Below are positions 13,766 to 26,590 of a stretch of 64,000 nucleotides of DNA, one piece after another (within the stretch, counting starts at the first letter, position 1; the number at the start of each line of letters is the position of its first letter). The position numbers and the translations under genes were made by a program. The notes beneath the pieces are model-generated. The model saw only the letters and a program-made list of their open reading frames with translations, did not search any database and had not been told where the DNA came from. Source of the DNA: the human T2T-CHM13v2.0 reference genome, Homo sapiens; NCBI RefSeq assembly GCF_009914755.1, contig NC_060928.1. One strand, written 5' to 3'.

Positions 13766-14125
13766 GGCCGGGAGCAGTGGCTCATGCTTGTAATCCCAGC
13801 ACTTTGGGAGGCCGAGACGGTCGGATCACTTGAGGTCAGGAGTTTGAGACCAGCCTAGCCAACATTGTGAAACCCTGTCTCAACTAAAAATACATAAAAT
13901 TATCTGGGTGTGGTGGCTCACGCCTATAATCCCAGCTACTCAGAAGGCTAGGGTGGGAGGAGCTTGAAGTGGGGCTGAGGTGGGAGGAGCTTGAGGTGGG
14001 GCTGAGCTTCAACCCAGGAGGAGGAGGTTGCGGTGAGCTGAGATGTGTCACTGCACTCCAGCCTGGGTGACAGAGTGAGAGTCTGTCTCAAAAAAACAAA
14101 AACCAAAAACAAAAAACAATAAGAA
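13766..14125 (+). mobile_element. AluS-type element with an internal 27-bp tandem duplication
   Basis: ggccgggagcagtggctca start, A-rich linker and A/C tail. Duplicated unit at 13946-13999. Confidence 0.92.
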
Positions 14126-15854
14126 AAGAAAGTGTTACATTATTTTTATTACTCTGTTAAAATTGATCAGTTTTGTATCTTACCTAGTTTCCTAGTTCCC
14201 CAAATATCTAGTTTCTCAAAATGATTTTTGAACCATTTTTTTATATTCATGTTTCCCCTTTAATTCATTGAAAAATTTTTAAGTGTATCATCTTGTACTT
14301 GAGAACAAAAAGGTTATGAGCATATTACTAATCTTTATAATTCTTATTTGAGTAGGACTGAACTTTGTTTATTTCACAAAACAGTTTGACGTTATTGTGA
14401 TGTAGAGGCCACAGAATGCCTCGATAGACTGTCATAGAGACAATGAGACAACTCAAAGTTGAAGTGCTTATTTTCAAGACCAGTCTTTATGCTAAAATTT
14501 TATGACTGAAATTATCCTTTGAGTATCTTTTTAGTTACGAAGTACAATGAGAAGATGCTGTTCATGCCAGTGCTTTTCCTAGTGTATTCTGGAAATTCCA
14601 ACTCATTCATAGGTAATGGACTCCTTCAATTATTTTCCCAATGGTGAAGACTGGTAGGTCTAGACAGACACTGGAAATCACGGATTGCATTATACTATCT
14701 CATAAATAAACTTGAAACACATGTCACGCCCAATTTCACAATGTTACTAGCTAATTGTATCAGCATTTTAAGATTCTTGATATTTGAATTTGCTGCTAAG
14801 AAGAAGTAAAGCAGCAATAATTAATTGCTATTATTCTATACATTATTACTGTCACAAATTTGTGAGCTATATTATGAAGATGAATAAAGCAACACTTAAT
14901 TTTGAAATAAAGAATTGGTTTTCTTATTTCATAGAGCTGTATAAGGATACAAGTATACACTTATTTTCCTGAATGCCTACAAATTACTTAGATGTCCTTG
15001 GAAGAAGGCAGTTAACTTGGGAACAAAAGCCAAACCCTAAGATAAATTTTCAGTCATCCAAGAAAAAGTAGGATAAAATCTTGAGTTATGTTACAGGGAC
15101 TAATCAACTAGAGTCCACTGCTTTTTAAAAAATATATTTTAAAATTCAATGTCCTTGTATTTCCTTTTATACTTTTCCTCATGCTTGAGTTATGCACCAT
15201 TGGTAGTGTTTTAAACCATAGCATCTACAACTTGTCTTTATTGCATATTTTATTGCATACTTGAACAGCATATTTCAAAGCCTGGAGGTTTTTCATATTT
15301 GCTTTAGTGAGATTTACGCAATAGAATTTGTAGAGTCAGAAAAAAGGAATCAAGAAAAGAGGGTTGATGACTCTATTTAATGTAACCTTTGACTGCCACA
15401 GGGTAACTCAGACCTAAGGAAAAAAATCAAGTATCCAACTTAAACCAATGAAGCTTTAATTTTTTTTTCTAAGTCTCCATTGAAGTTTCAGCTCCACCAG
15501 TCTTCACAAGTGACTGATAGTGATGCCAGAATGCCTCCTGGTTTCTTTTCTTCTTTTAATATCAAGAGCAACTTATATAGGGAAATATGCTCACCAGAGT
15601 TATAAAATACCCCCCAAAGTATTTACTGAATGCAAGGGCAATGGGAAAAAACCTGACTAGTCCTCAGGCTGTAGAATTCCCTTCAGCAATGGAAGAATAT
15701 CCTTTGGTATCTGAGGCAATCAATAAACTAGGGTTGCCTCCACTGAGAGCCACATATTTCACGGGCATCATGGTACTATAAGATAAAGCAGAAAAGTTCC
15801 AAAACCAAATAGACATAGATTTTATTTGTATTTATTTCCTAATGCTTGTATAAT

Positions 15855-16030
15855 TGCAGAATCAAAAAGGCATAGATTTTAATCCCACCTCTGTGTGGCT
15901 ATGGACACGTTACTTGACCTTCTGAATGTTAGTTTCCTCTTATGAATAAGAGACATGACCTTGGTATTTTGCTAGCAGATTAAAGGGATATAGAGCACCT
16001 GGAACATAATAGACATTCTATAATAACTAT
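15855..16030 (+). mobile_element. MIR fragment
   Basis: gattttaatcccacctctg...gttacttgaccttctgaatgttagtttcctc...agcacctggaacataatagac. Confidence 0.55.
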
Positions 16031-16663
16031 TAGTAAAAAATATCAGAACCCATATGGAAAGAATTGTCTTCTATTTTAATTGCTCTTAGATAGTCTGACT
16101 GATACTTATTCTTGCCTCACAAGGTAAGGAGTTGATCACGTATATCACGTTCTCTTTCAGTGAGGAATTTATGTCATGTTCTCCCAGGAACTGGAAGAGG
16201 AGCTTTTCTGTCAGGGCTTCATGCCAAGCTAAGACATTTTCTCCATTGATCTGCCTCATTTTTCCTGAACTGAAGTTTTGTAATCAAATCTGTGCCTAAC
16301 CAAGCTGTAAGGAGCTGGAAGTACAATGTTGAGTAAGATATATGGTCCCCACATTGGGGATAGTATAATCTCCCAAACCACTAATTCTCAGTCCCCCTTT
16401 AGAATGCCCAGTGCAGAGACCTTGGAGACCCTAAATGCTTCTAGTATTTTTGGAGAACTAATTAACATAAATTGAGATTATCTTAATTTCATTTTCTATT
16501 AAAGTAAATTTTTAGACTATTAAAATAAGTCATATGCTACCATACAATTGACTATTGAGAACTTACTTTAGATTTTAAACCCAAAATACATTGTCCTCTC
16601 AATCTCCCAACATGTACACCCTTTAAACCACTGTCGCAAAGGAATAATAAGCCATTTACTATT

Positions 16664-16970
16664 ATTATTATTATTTTTTTTTTTTTTTGAGACGGAGTCT
16701 CGCTCTGTCGCCCAGGCTGGAGTGCAGTGGCGCGATCTTGGCTCACTGCAAGCTCCGCCTCCGGGTTCATACCATTCTCCCGCCTCAGCCTCCCGAGTAG
16801 CTGGGACTACAGGCGCCCGCCACCACGCCCAGCTAATTTTTTGTATTTTCAGTAGAGATGGGGTTTCACTGTGTTAGCCAGGCTTGTCTCGAACTCCTGA
16901 CCTCAAGTGATCCACCCGCCTCGGCCTCCCAAAGTGCTGGGATTACAGGCGTGAGCCACTGCACCCGGCC
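16664..16970 (-). mobile_element. Full-length Alu, mosaic AluY (right arm) / AluS (left arm)
   Basis: Antisense Alu ending cccggcc at 16970. TSD taagccatttactatt (16648-16663) / taagccatttattatt (16971-16986). Many CpGs retained. Confidence 0.95.
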
Positions 16971-17659
16971 TAAGCCATTTATTATTTAAGTGTTTCCTGG
17001 GAGGCTACTGACAGGCTAGGGATACAGCAGTGACTAAAATAAACAATATTCTTTCATGGACCTAGCATTTGAGTCTGGGTCTTTTATGGAATGTGTGTTA
17101 TACCATATTTGAGTGGTGGGAACAATTTTCTTAGAAACATTTCTTCCTCTGTTCTGCAATTGTTTTCTTTGGAAATCATCAGTAATCTGCTAACTGGGCA
17201 TCAGTGCAGGTAACATAAACATTGATCATCAGAAATATCAGATCTTATGGTTTCTTTTTTCTCTCCAAGGATAGTCAAGACCTAAAGTCCTATTTAGGCC
17301 AGAATGACAACTCCAGGTTAGAATTTCATCCACAACATTTATTATTATTTTATTTTTGAACTAAAAAGCTGGACTAAAGCTAATTTTGACAAAGGAAGAA
17401 TATGGGCTTTTATTTTCATTCTGGCCACGAGACATCAACTTCTTTTCTGCCCAAAGCCATTTACTTACTTGATTTAGTAACCTCCTCACAATAACCAAAA
17501 ACCAAAAATATTTCAAGGTTAAAGTTATGAATTATTTTATCAGATATTTAATAATCTGGTCAATAGGAGCTGGATCCACTTTAGCTGTGAAAACTGTTTT
17601 ACATAATAGAAGGAGAGAGCTTTCCTCCTTCTGTTAATTTCCCTCCTATTTAAGTCATG

Positions 17660-17880
17660 TGTCACAGACATGAGTTAAAATACTGGCTTTGTCACCTGGC
17701 TGCCGTGTAGCCTTGGATAAAGGTCTCTTCTGCAATAAACTAAAATTTTCACATCTGTCAGATAAAAATGTTACCATACAGAATGTGTGAGAGGAAATGA
17801 ATGCCACACACAAAACACCTAATACTGTGTCTAGAACATGGTAAATATTCAAGGAGTGGTAATTATTCTCACTATTATTA
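17660..17880 (+). mobile_element. MIR
   Basis: agacatgagttaaaatactggctttgtcac...ttttcacatctgtca...gtgtctagaacatggtaaatattcaa. Confidence 0.6.
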
Positions 17881-18109
17881 TCTCATAATTATTTCAGAAA
17901 TAAGAGGATCAGAATTTGGAAAAAATTAAGTGTGAGCAATGTTGTGGAAATTTAGCAAGAGATGTCGTATTTTTGGTGAACTTGAAAAACTGGATCTGGA
18001 AGGAGCCTTCAAAATATCCCTACTATTAGAATTTCCTTCTCTCTCAATCTGTCAGAGAATGTTGAGGACATCTTCATTGAAGAACTATAGTAGAGTATTC
18101 TCTACTTTT

Positions 18110-18651
18110 AATATGTATACCTACAATTATATCTATATATTTATATTTATACTTTTTTTTATATTTATAAAAATCACATTCAAACTTTTGAAATCACCAG
18201 TTGGCTAAAACTTTTTATATGCAAAAATTGGTGTAGATGAGAAAAAGTTATATAAATTAAGAGAAACAATAGTCTCAAAACATTACTATATCATGGATAA
18301 ACTCCATCACTCACTTGTTGCAAAATATTGCAAGTGAGTAGTGGAGTTTTTCCGTGACATAGTAATGTTTTGAGAATATGTATGTTTACATTTATATTTT
18401 TATATTATACATCTTTATATTATACATTAAAATATATCTTAATATTACATTATATATTTATACTTTTATATATATATCTATATATATATCTATATATATA
18501 TATCTATCTCACATTCAAACTTATGAAATCACCGCTTGGCTAACAATTTGTATATGCAAAAATTGGTGTAGATAAGAAAAAGTTATATAAAGTAAAGAGA
18601 AACAAAACATTACTTTCTTGTGGTTAAACTCTATTACTCACTTGCAAAATT
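18110..18651. repeat. Local tandem duplication with an inverted 45-bp third copy (hairpin 18273-18375)
   Basis: tcacattcaaactt...ctcacttg occurs at ~18175-18317 and ~18508-18644. 18331-18375 is the reverse complement of 18273-18317 with 5 mismatches. Confidence 0.9.
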
Positions 18652-19558
18652 TAATAAATTTTGCAAAATGCTAAATATGCACGTTTAAAATTAAACTGAA
18701 TTTTTGGCTATTACTGTGTAAGAAAAAAGTAATACTGATTAAAATCTTTCTCTAAAGAGAAAATACTATAGCATTTTACCCTTAAAAAAAAAAAAGCATG
18801 CCTTGAGACCTACCTGTTCTCATTTCATATTCTGCAAAGTCAGCTTCGAAATGCCCAATACAGCCTCCATAATTGAGAACAAATGGCATTTTAAAATATG
18901 GTACATGACAGCTGAATGAGAAAAAAAATCACACTTAGTAATCTTTAAGGATAATTTTTCTGTGTGAAAAGAGAAGGGTCTAATGAGAGTTCCTATTAAC
19001 GACCAAGAGGTCCAACAAAGAAATGAACTTAATACCTTTCTCTGTTAACTCTACATTATTTTGACATTGGTTATGTAAGACAAGCTTTGCTTTGTATCAT
19101 AACATTTTACTTCTCTCATTATCATTTAGTGCTTCAAGTCATTTATAAACTCATGGAGATAAGATGAAATATAATGCTTGAAGGGGATAGAGAAGACTTT
19201 TTTTTTCTAACGTAATCTTGTTTACTTTTTCCATTCTGTAGGAAGCCAAGTTTTACCTTTACCTTTGGGCAACTGGGAACTATGTTTAAGCCTCTAAATT
19301 TAAAAATATTTTGTTGGTTTTCTATCTGTGAAAATATTAAAAACTGTAAATGCTAAAGCCAGGGGGTAAAAAATGTTTTATTGAAATTCTTGTGGATCAA
19401 GGGCCAGTGGCTAAAGGAATCTCACTTTTCAAAAACTCTCTTATTGGTCAAAGGTTAGTCGGACTTCTCTGAATCCTCTTCTTGACTTAGCCTTACCTTG
19501 GCCCCAGTACTTGCTGGGCCCACATAGTTTAGTTTTAGTAAAAATCCTGCCGGGCCAG

Positions 19559-21895
19559 TGACATGGTTTGGCGATTTCCCCATCCAAATCTCACCTTCAA
19601 TTGTAATAATCCCGATGTGTCAAGTGTGGGGCCAGGTGGAGATAATGGAATCATGGGGGCAGTTTCCACCATACTACTCTCTTGATAGTGAATAAGTCTC
19701 ATGAGATCTGATGGTTTTATAAATGGGAGTTCCCCTGCACAAGCTCTCTTACCTGCTGCTATGTAAGAAGTCACTTTGCTCTTCCTTCCTCTTCCACCAT
19801 GATTGTAAGGCCTCCCCAGCCATGCTGAAACATGAGTCAATTAAACCTCTTTCTTTTATAAATTACCTAGTATCTGGTACGTCTTTATCAGCAGCCTGAG
19901 AACAAACTAATACAGTAAATTGGTACTGGTAGGCTGGGGTGCTGCTGCAAAGATACCTGAAAATGTGGAAGTGACTTTAGAACTGGGTAACAGGCAGAGG
20001 TTGAAACAGTTTGGAGGGCTCAGAAGGCAGGACAATGTGGGAAAGTTTGGAAATTCCCAGAGACTTGTTGAATGGCTTTGACCAAAATGCTAATAGTGAT
20101 TTGGACAATAAAATAAGGCTGAAGCTGTCTGAGATGGAGATAAGAAACTTGTTGGGAACTGGAGCAAAGGTGACTCTCTCTTGCTATGTTTTAGCAAAAC
20201 GACTGGTGGCATATTGCCCCTGCCCTAGAGATCTGTGGAAATTTGAACTTGAGAGAGATGATTTAGGGCATCTGGTGGAAGAAATTTCTAAGCAGTGAAA
20301 TGTTCAAGAGGTGACTTGGTGCTATTAAAAGCATTCTGTTTTATGTAGTCACAAAGATACGGTTTGAAACTGAAACTTAATGTTTAAAAGGGAAGCAGAG
20401 CATAAAACTTCAGAAAATTTGCAGCCTGATAATGTGATAGAAAAGAAAAACCCATTTTCTGAGGAGAAATTAAAGCCAGCTGCAGAAATCTCCATAAGTA
20501 ACTTGGAACCAAATGTTAAAGATGAAGACAATGAGGAAAATGTCTGACAGCCTGTCAGAGGTCTTCATGGCATTCCCTCTCATCAAAGGCCTGGAGGCTT
20601 ACATAGAAAAAATAGTTTTGTGGGTAGGGCCCAGGGCCTTGCTGCTTTGTGCAGTCTCAGAACTTGGTGCTCTGTGTCCCAGGCATGCTAAAAAGGTCCA
20701 ATTTAGAGCTCAGGTCATTGTTTCAGAGGCTCCAAGCCCCATGCCTTGTGGTTTCCACATGGTATTGGGCCTGCAGGTGTATGGAAGTCAATAACTGAGG
20801 TATGGGAACCTCCGCTTAGCTTTCAGAGAATGTATGGAAACACCTGGGTGTCCAGGCCAAAGTTTGCTACAGGGGCAAAGGCCTTATGGAGAATCTTTGC
20901 TAGGGTTTGGAAGGGAAATATGGGATGAAAGCCCCCACACGGAGTCCTGACTGGGGCACAGCCTAGTGAAGATGTTGAGAAGAAGGACATCATTCTTCAG
21001 ACCCTAGAATGGTAGATCCACCAATAGTTTGCACTGTGCACCCGGAAAAGCCACAGACGCTCAATGCCAGCCCATGAAAGCAGCCAGGAGGCAGCTGTAC
21101 CCTGAAAAGCCACAGGGAAAGAGCTGCCCAAGACCATGGGAACCCACCTCTTGCATCAACATGATGGGAATGTGAGACATGGAGTCAAAGGAGATTATTT
21201 TGGAGCTTTAAGATTTGAGTGCCTTGCAGGATTTTAGACTTGTATGGGGTCTGTAGCCCCTTTGTTTTGGCCAGTTTCTCCCATTTGGAATTGGTGTATT
21301 TACCCATTGCCTGTACCCCCATTATATCTAGAAAGTAACTAACTTGTTTTTTGTTTCACTGGCTAATAGGTGGAAGAGATTTGCCTTTTCTCAGGTAAGA
21401 CTTTGGACTGTGTACTTTTGAGTTAATGTTGAAATGACTTAAGACTTTGGGGGACTGTTGGGAAGGCATGATTAGTTTTGAAATGTGAGCACAAGAGATT
21501 TGGAAGGGGTCAGGGGCAGAATGATATAGTTTGGTTGTGTCCCCACCCAAATCCCACCTTGAATTGTATTAATCTCCACTTTTCAAGCGTGGAGTCAGGT
21601 GGAGATAATTGAATCATGGAGATAGTTTCCCCCATGCTGTTCTCGTAGTAGTGAATAAGACTCACTAGATCTGATGGCTTTATAAATGGGAGTTCCTGTG
21701 TACAAGTTCCCTTGCGCAGGAGAACTCTTCTTGCCCACTACCATGTAAAAAGTCTGTTTGTTCTCCCTTTATCTTTGCCATGATTGTGAGGCCTCCCCAG
21801 CCATGTGGAACTGTGAATAAATTAAACCTCTTTCCTTTGTAAATTTCCCAGTCTCAGGTACGTCTTTATTAGCAGCATGAGAACAGACTAATACA
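19559..21895 (+). mobile_element. Complete MaLR THE1 (C/D-like) provirus
   Basis: 5' LTR 19559-19914, internal 19915-21521, 3' LTR 21522-21895. Perfect 5-bp TSD gccag (19554-19558 / 21896-21900). Confidence 0.93.
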
Positions 21896-22125
21896 GCCAG
21901 TTTAGAGAGAATTTCTTCCCTCCATATCTGATTAAATTTCTCATTCTTCACCTTTGATGCATAAGTCCTAGGCCTGCCTTCAGCGTGAATCCTGTTCAGT
22001 CAGTTTAGCAAGAAGACTCCCTACCCTTGATGTCTTCTTTTAGTGATTTTCACCTGTTGACCCTTGAATCTGCTCTTTGGCTAAATGGCTATATAACTCC
22101 ACTTTTTGTATTTGCATTTGGAGTT

Positions 22126-22681
22126 TATTAACAAAAGATCACAACATCTGCAGAGAAAAGGGGGAGAGCTTTATTTTCCATATAAAAAGACATCTGCAGA
22201 TTGCGGAGACATGCTTTTGGTACAAGGCACTGTCTTGTAGCAAAGTGTGTTCTCTGAAGAACACTGGGAGGGTCTGGTTTAAACAGGAAAAGTTCTTACC
22301 TTGGTTCTCAATCAAGTCCATTTGTGCAAATGAAGGACACAATCGTGTTCAGTTATGATTGGGCAAAACACTCAAGCTCTCATTGGATAGTTTCCAAGTC
22401 CCAAAACAGAAGTCCCTGTCAGATATTTCTTTCAAACAACTGGTGGGGGTAGAAGTGGTGTTCCAGCTACAGTTTTACTTGGCATGGACAACAAGAACTG
22501 GTTTGGCTTGATTGTAGAAAGGGAGGTCCTGTGAAACTTTTACATTACAATGTCTGTCTGAGAACAAAGAGTAATTGATTGCTCTCTCACCCAGTCATGA
22601 TCTCCTGGCTCTGTTTTAATATTTAGCATCTCTGTTGGCCACAGATGTCCATTTTTATCTATTGGTCAGGGCACTTTAACA
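22126..22681 (-). mobile_element. Solo ERV1 LTR, MER67-like
   Basis: Reverse complement starts tgttaaagtgccctgaccaatagataaaaatggac. Near-TSD agtt/aggt. Interrupts the MER31-like LTR. Confidence 0.6.
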
Positions 22682-23047
22682 AGGTGAGCCTGATCTGTCT
22701 GCCGTATTGTTAGAGGCTTGATACTTACGATAGCTCTGAGTAAAGTCTTTCTTGCTATTTCAAAGTGTCAAAATATTTTTTTCTGCAACAGTGGTAAAAC
22801 CAAGTATGGAACCAGGTTTGCTGAACTCAAAATCCTTGTTCCTTCCCTTAGATTATTATATCTCATCATTTGATAATTTTATTCATTATTATTAAATTTA
22901 TATTTTCTTAAACCAGACAAATTAAAATATCTTTAATAAAAAAGTAGCAGACAGATAATTCTATATTGGTTAGTAATGACCAAGAGGCATTCAACAGATT
23001 TTCAAAATAAAATTTTTCTTCGTGTAATAAAGTATTTATAATATAGC

Positions 23048-23229
23048 CTTTATATGTATCTATATAAAGAATATATATATAGATTCAATATATATTTAGA
23101 TTCATAGATATATTCTTTATATATATTCTTTATATATATATTCTTTATATATATTCTTATATATATTCTTTATATATATCTATGAATCTATATATATATT
23201 CTTTATATAGATATATATACACATAAAGA
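23048..23229. repeat. AT-rich palindrome enclosing a (tatatattctt)n-type minisatellite
   Basis: 23057-23087 and 23183-23213 are perfect 31-bp reverse complements. Confidence 0.9.
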
Positions 23230-23347
23230 TTATTATATCTATAAAATAATTTGTGCAGTCTTGGAATATCACATATCGTCTGTGGACCCAGCAGCTGCTC
23301 TAAACCATTCAGTAAACTTACTTGTTTTCAAACATATTTAATATTAA

Positions 23348-23670
<323 letters not shown>

Positions 23671-26464
23671 AAGCACAGTATTTTTTAATTGACTTAACTT
23701 TTTAGAACTTTTATAGTTAAGCCCGAACATTAGCTAATATGTTGCATGGGATTGGTTTGCAATATATTCATTAATTAAAGGTTCGTTAAATGTTGAACAG
23801 CTATATGAAAGTAAGCTTCCAAATAAAGTTTTCTATTGAATTATACCTTCATTTATTCATTAAGTAGTCATATCTGGTATTATTATTCTTATTGCTAACA
23901 CAGAAAATGTAACAAAAATTCTTATTAGAAAATTTTTATTTTTTTGAGGTAGCTCCGATGTCTTGGTTTCATCACAAGTAAGTATACACAATTAGAGCTG
24001 GTTTTTAAAATCTGATGTCTTATATGTTGGCTGTTTTTAAAAAGGACTGTTGTTATTTATTACTTAAAAAGTGAGACAAGAATATTTTTCTTTTCCTTCA
24101 TAGTTGATGCTTTCCTTCTACCTTATCAGAAACTTTAATTTGCCTAACATTATTGCTGCATCATGACTGGACTACACTGTCCTCTGCTCTTAATTGCTCA
24201 TCTGCTTTTCATTACCTGTATAAAACCACACCAGAATCTGTTCTTTGCTATGTTACACGAACAATGAGTTTTTAAAGACTTTTTATTCAGTTTAATTTGT
24301 TTTTTGCTCAACTTAAGAAAAAAATTACATAAACAAACTAGCCATCTTCAGTCACAAATGTTTTACTTGTATTAATTTTGAAATCCTATGAAAAGTAACA
24401 TTTATAATACCAAATAAAATAGTTACTAGTGTCCTAAGAAGATATTATCATTTTTACAGCCACTGCATGAAGTACTTAATTATTACAATGCTCAAATTTC
24501 AATTTGAAAAGTTTAATTTACTTCTCTGGATTGCCATAAACAGTAAATAACAATGCCTGGACCTGTATTTTTAACTCCAAACTTAGAGAATTTTCTACTC
24601 TTTCTTTACAAATTTACTCTGTAAGTCATAGATAGTGTTGGTGCTTTATTATGGTTTTTGTATCTATGAATCTATTTCTATGCACTTCAGAAATGTTCTT
24701 ACTGTATCTCGAAGAATATTAAAACTGAAACTCGAGGGTTGCAATAGTAAATCCAAAAAATAGCTAGGTTTTATTTAAGGGTATCCATTTCAACATAGAG
24801 AAAAGGACATTTTTAATGTACACTTAAGCGTACATTAATGAAAGCTAGTCCAATATCAAAAATCTTCTGCCCGTATATACTCTATTAAAGAGTGTCATTA
24901 GCTTTAATTATTTTGAATATTTACTCTCTTTTGGTTATTAACATTGTGAGATAAATACTGTAGCTTTAAAATGATTCTTAAAAACACCAGGATATAATAT
25001 GTATATTTGGTCTGCTAAAAATTCATTCAGCCCACCCCTGTTTATCAATAGCACCCCTTAATCCATACCTCTCACTGTTCCTTGTTCCAATAAGCTAAGG
25101 CAACACTAGCATCTGTCTGCAGCAAATATGCTCAGAATTTGCTAACAGATTCTGATGAAAACCAAATAAGCAAAGAATACAATGTGAAGATAGAAGTGGT
25201 TTAGATTTCTTTTTTGGCTTGCTACTTCATTCTTGTTAGGCCCCTGCCCGACTCCCATCAAGCTCAGCTCAATTTTATTTAAGCCTCTGGTGTATAGACT
25301 GCATTTGTCATCACAGCTGATAAAAGCAGAATTTATATAATTTTACTGATTTTTGCAACCTTTCTACTGAATTCAATTTGAAGTCAAATCTATTACAACA
25401 TATAAAATATGCAAAGAAATATGGCCTCAAAATACAAATGTATAGCATTTGGTATTAAACATCTTGAGTGAGAATGAGCTGTCTTACTGTGTAGAAGTTG
25501 ATATTAGTATTGCAAAAATTCATAAGGCATTTGGACTGGGCCAAAGTTATGCTCAACACTGCATTTGGGGCTGAAATCTCCCTTTCAGCCTAGAGCCAGC
25601 CTTACCTGTGTTTATCATTTGTTTTTTTAATTCTCACTGAAAACAACTGCAAGTTTCAAAGATTAGTCTTCCTGAAAATTTTCAAAGCAGATTTTATCAT
25701 ACAATATTTATTTTTATTCACCGTTGAATGGAAAGCAAATAAACCACATAGTGCTTTTCAAGTAAATGACAAACATGCTGTATTCCAAGAATGCGCCATC
25801 TAGATTAGATCCACTGTGTAATCCAAACATTGGCTTACTAACGAGTGATCAAGCTGGTTTCTTTTATACTTCTTATTATTAATGGTTCAACAATGCTATG
25901 AAAAACAAAGTAGTAGAAAAATATATTAGATACTGCATTGTGAGTGAATGGTAGAAAATAGAAAAATATGTTGAACAGTTAATGTAGAAAAGAAAAATAA
26001 TCTTGAAAAAACATATCAACACTTTTAAGTGGTTGATAATGAGAGTTCTTACATATTTAACTGCAAATTTTTTCGACTTTCTATTTTCCTAGGAAATATA
26101 TTTGAGATACTAGAATTATTACTTCTCTAACAGACATTTTGAGCTGCTTCTGTAAAAATTGATGAGTATTAAAATCAAATTGGCTGGCAAACAAAATGTT
26201 AAATGTTGTGAAGGTGATCAAACTAACACTTGATTTTTATAATTAGTAAGGCTTGGATTCGAAACAACCCTATTGCCCAAACTACCAAACAATGAGAAAT
26301 GCTGTTGAAATCCTTCGTGATTACTCTTGTTTAATTTTCATTTGTATCTCTAAAAACATCTGAAAAATTGTTGACAATCAAATTTTGAATGTGCCATAAT
26401 GTTAAATAGTCAATGCCAATGATATGGTATTAAAAAATCCTATATAAATTTAAGTATTTGTTTT

Positions 26465-26590
26465 TACTCCTTCCCTTTCTCCCTTACTCTTGGTCTTTCT
26501 TTCGCCCTTCCTCTTTTCTCTCTCTCTCTTTCAACCTCTCTTCTTCCTTTCTTCCTTCCTTCGTTGTTCCTTTTCTTTCTTTCCACTTCT
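26465..26590. repeat. CT-rich low-complexity tract
   Basis: Polypyrimidine run of about 125 bp. Confidence 0.8.

Larger units (their letters stand above)
19446..22790 (+). mobile_element. MER31-like ERV1 LTR split by two younger insertions
   Basis: Pieces at 19446-19558, 21896-22125 and 22682-~22790. Motifs aatcctgttcagtcagtttagcaagaa and cccttgatgtc; ends ...tctgcaaca. Confidence 0.65.

Noticed and set aside
16552-16770. ORFs with Alu-like peptides (also 23390-23628 and 34497-34974)
   Set aside because: These are translations of Alu sequence.
23100-23180. Regularly spaced short repeats
   Set aside because: This is a simple AT-rich minisatellite with no spacers, in a eukaryotic context.
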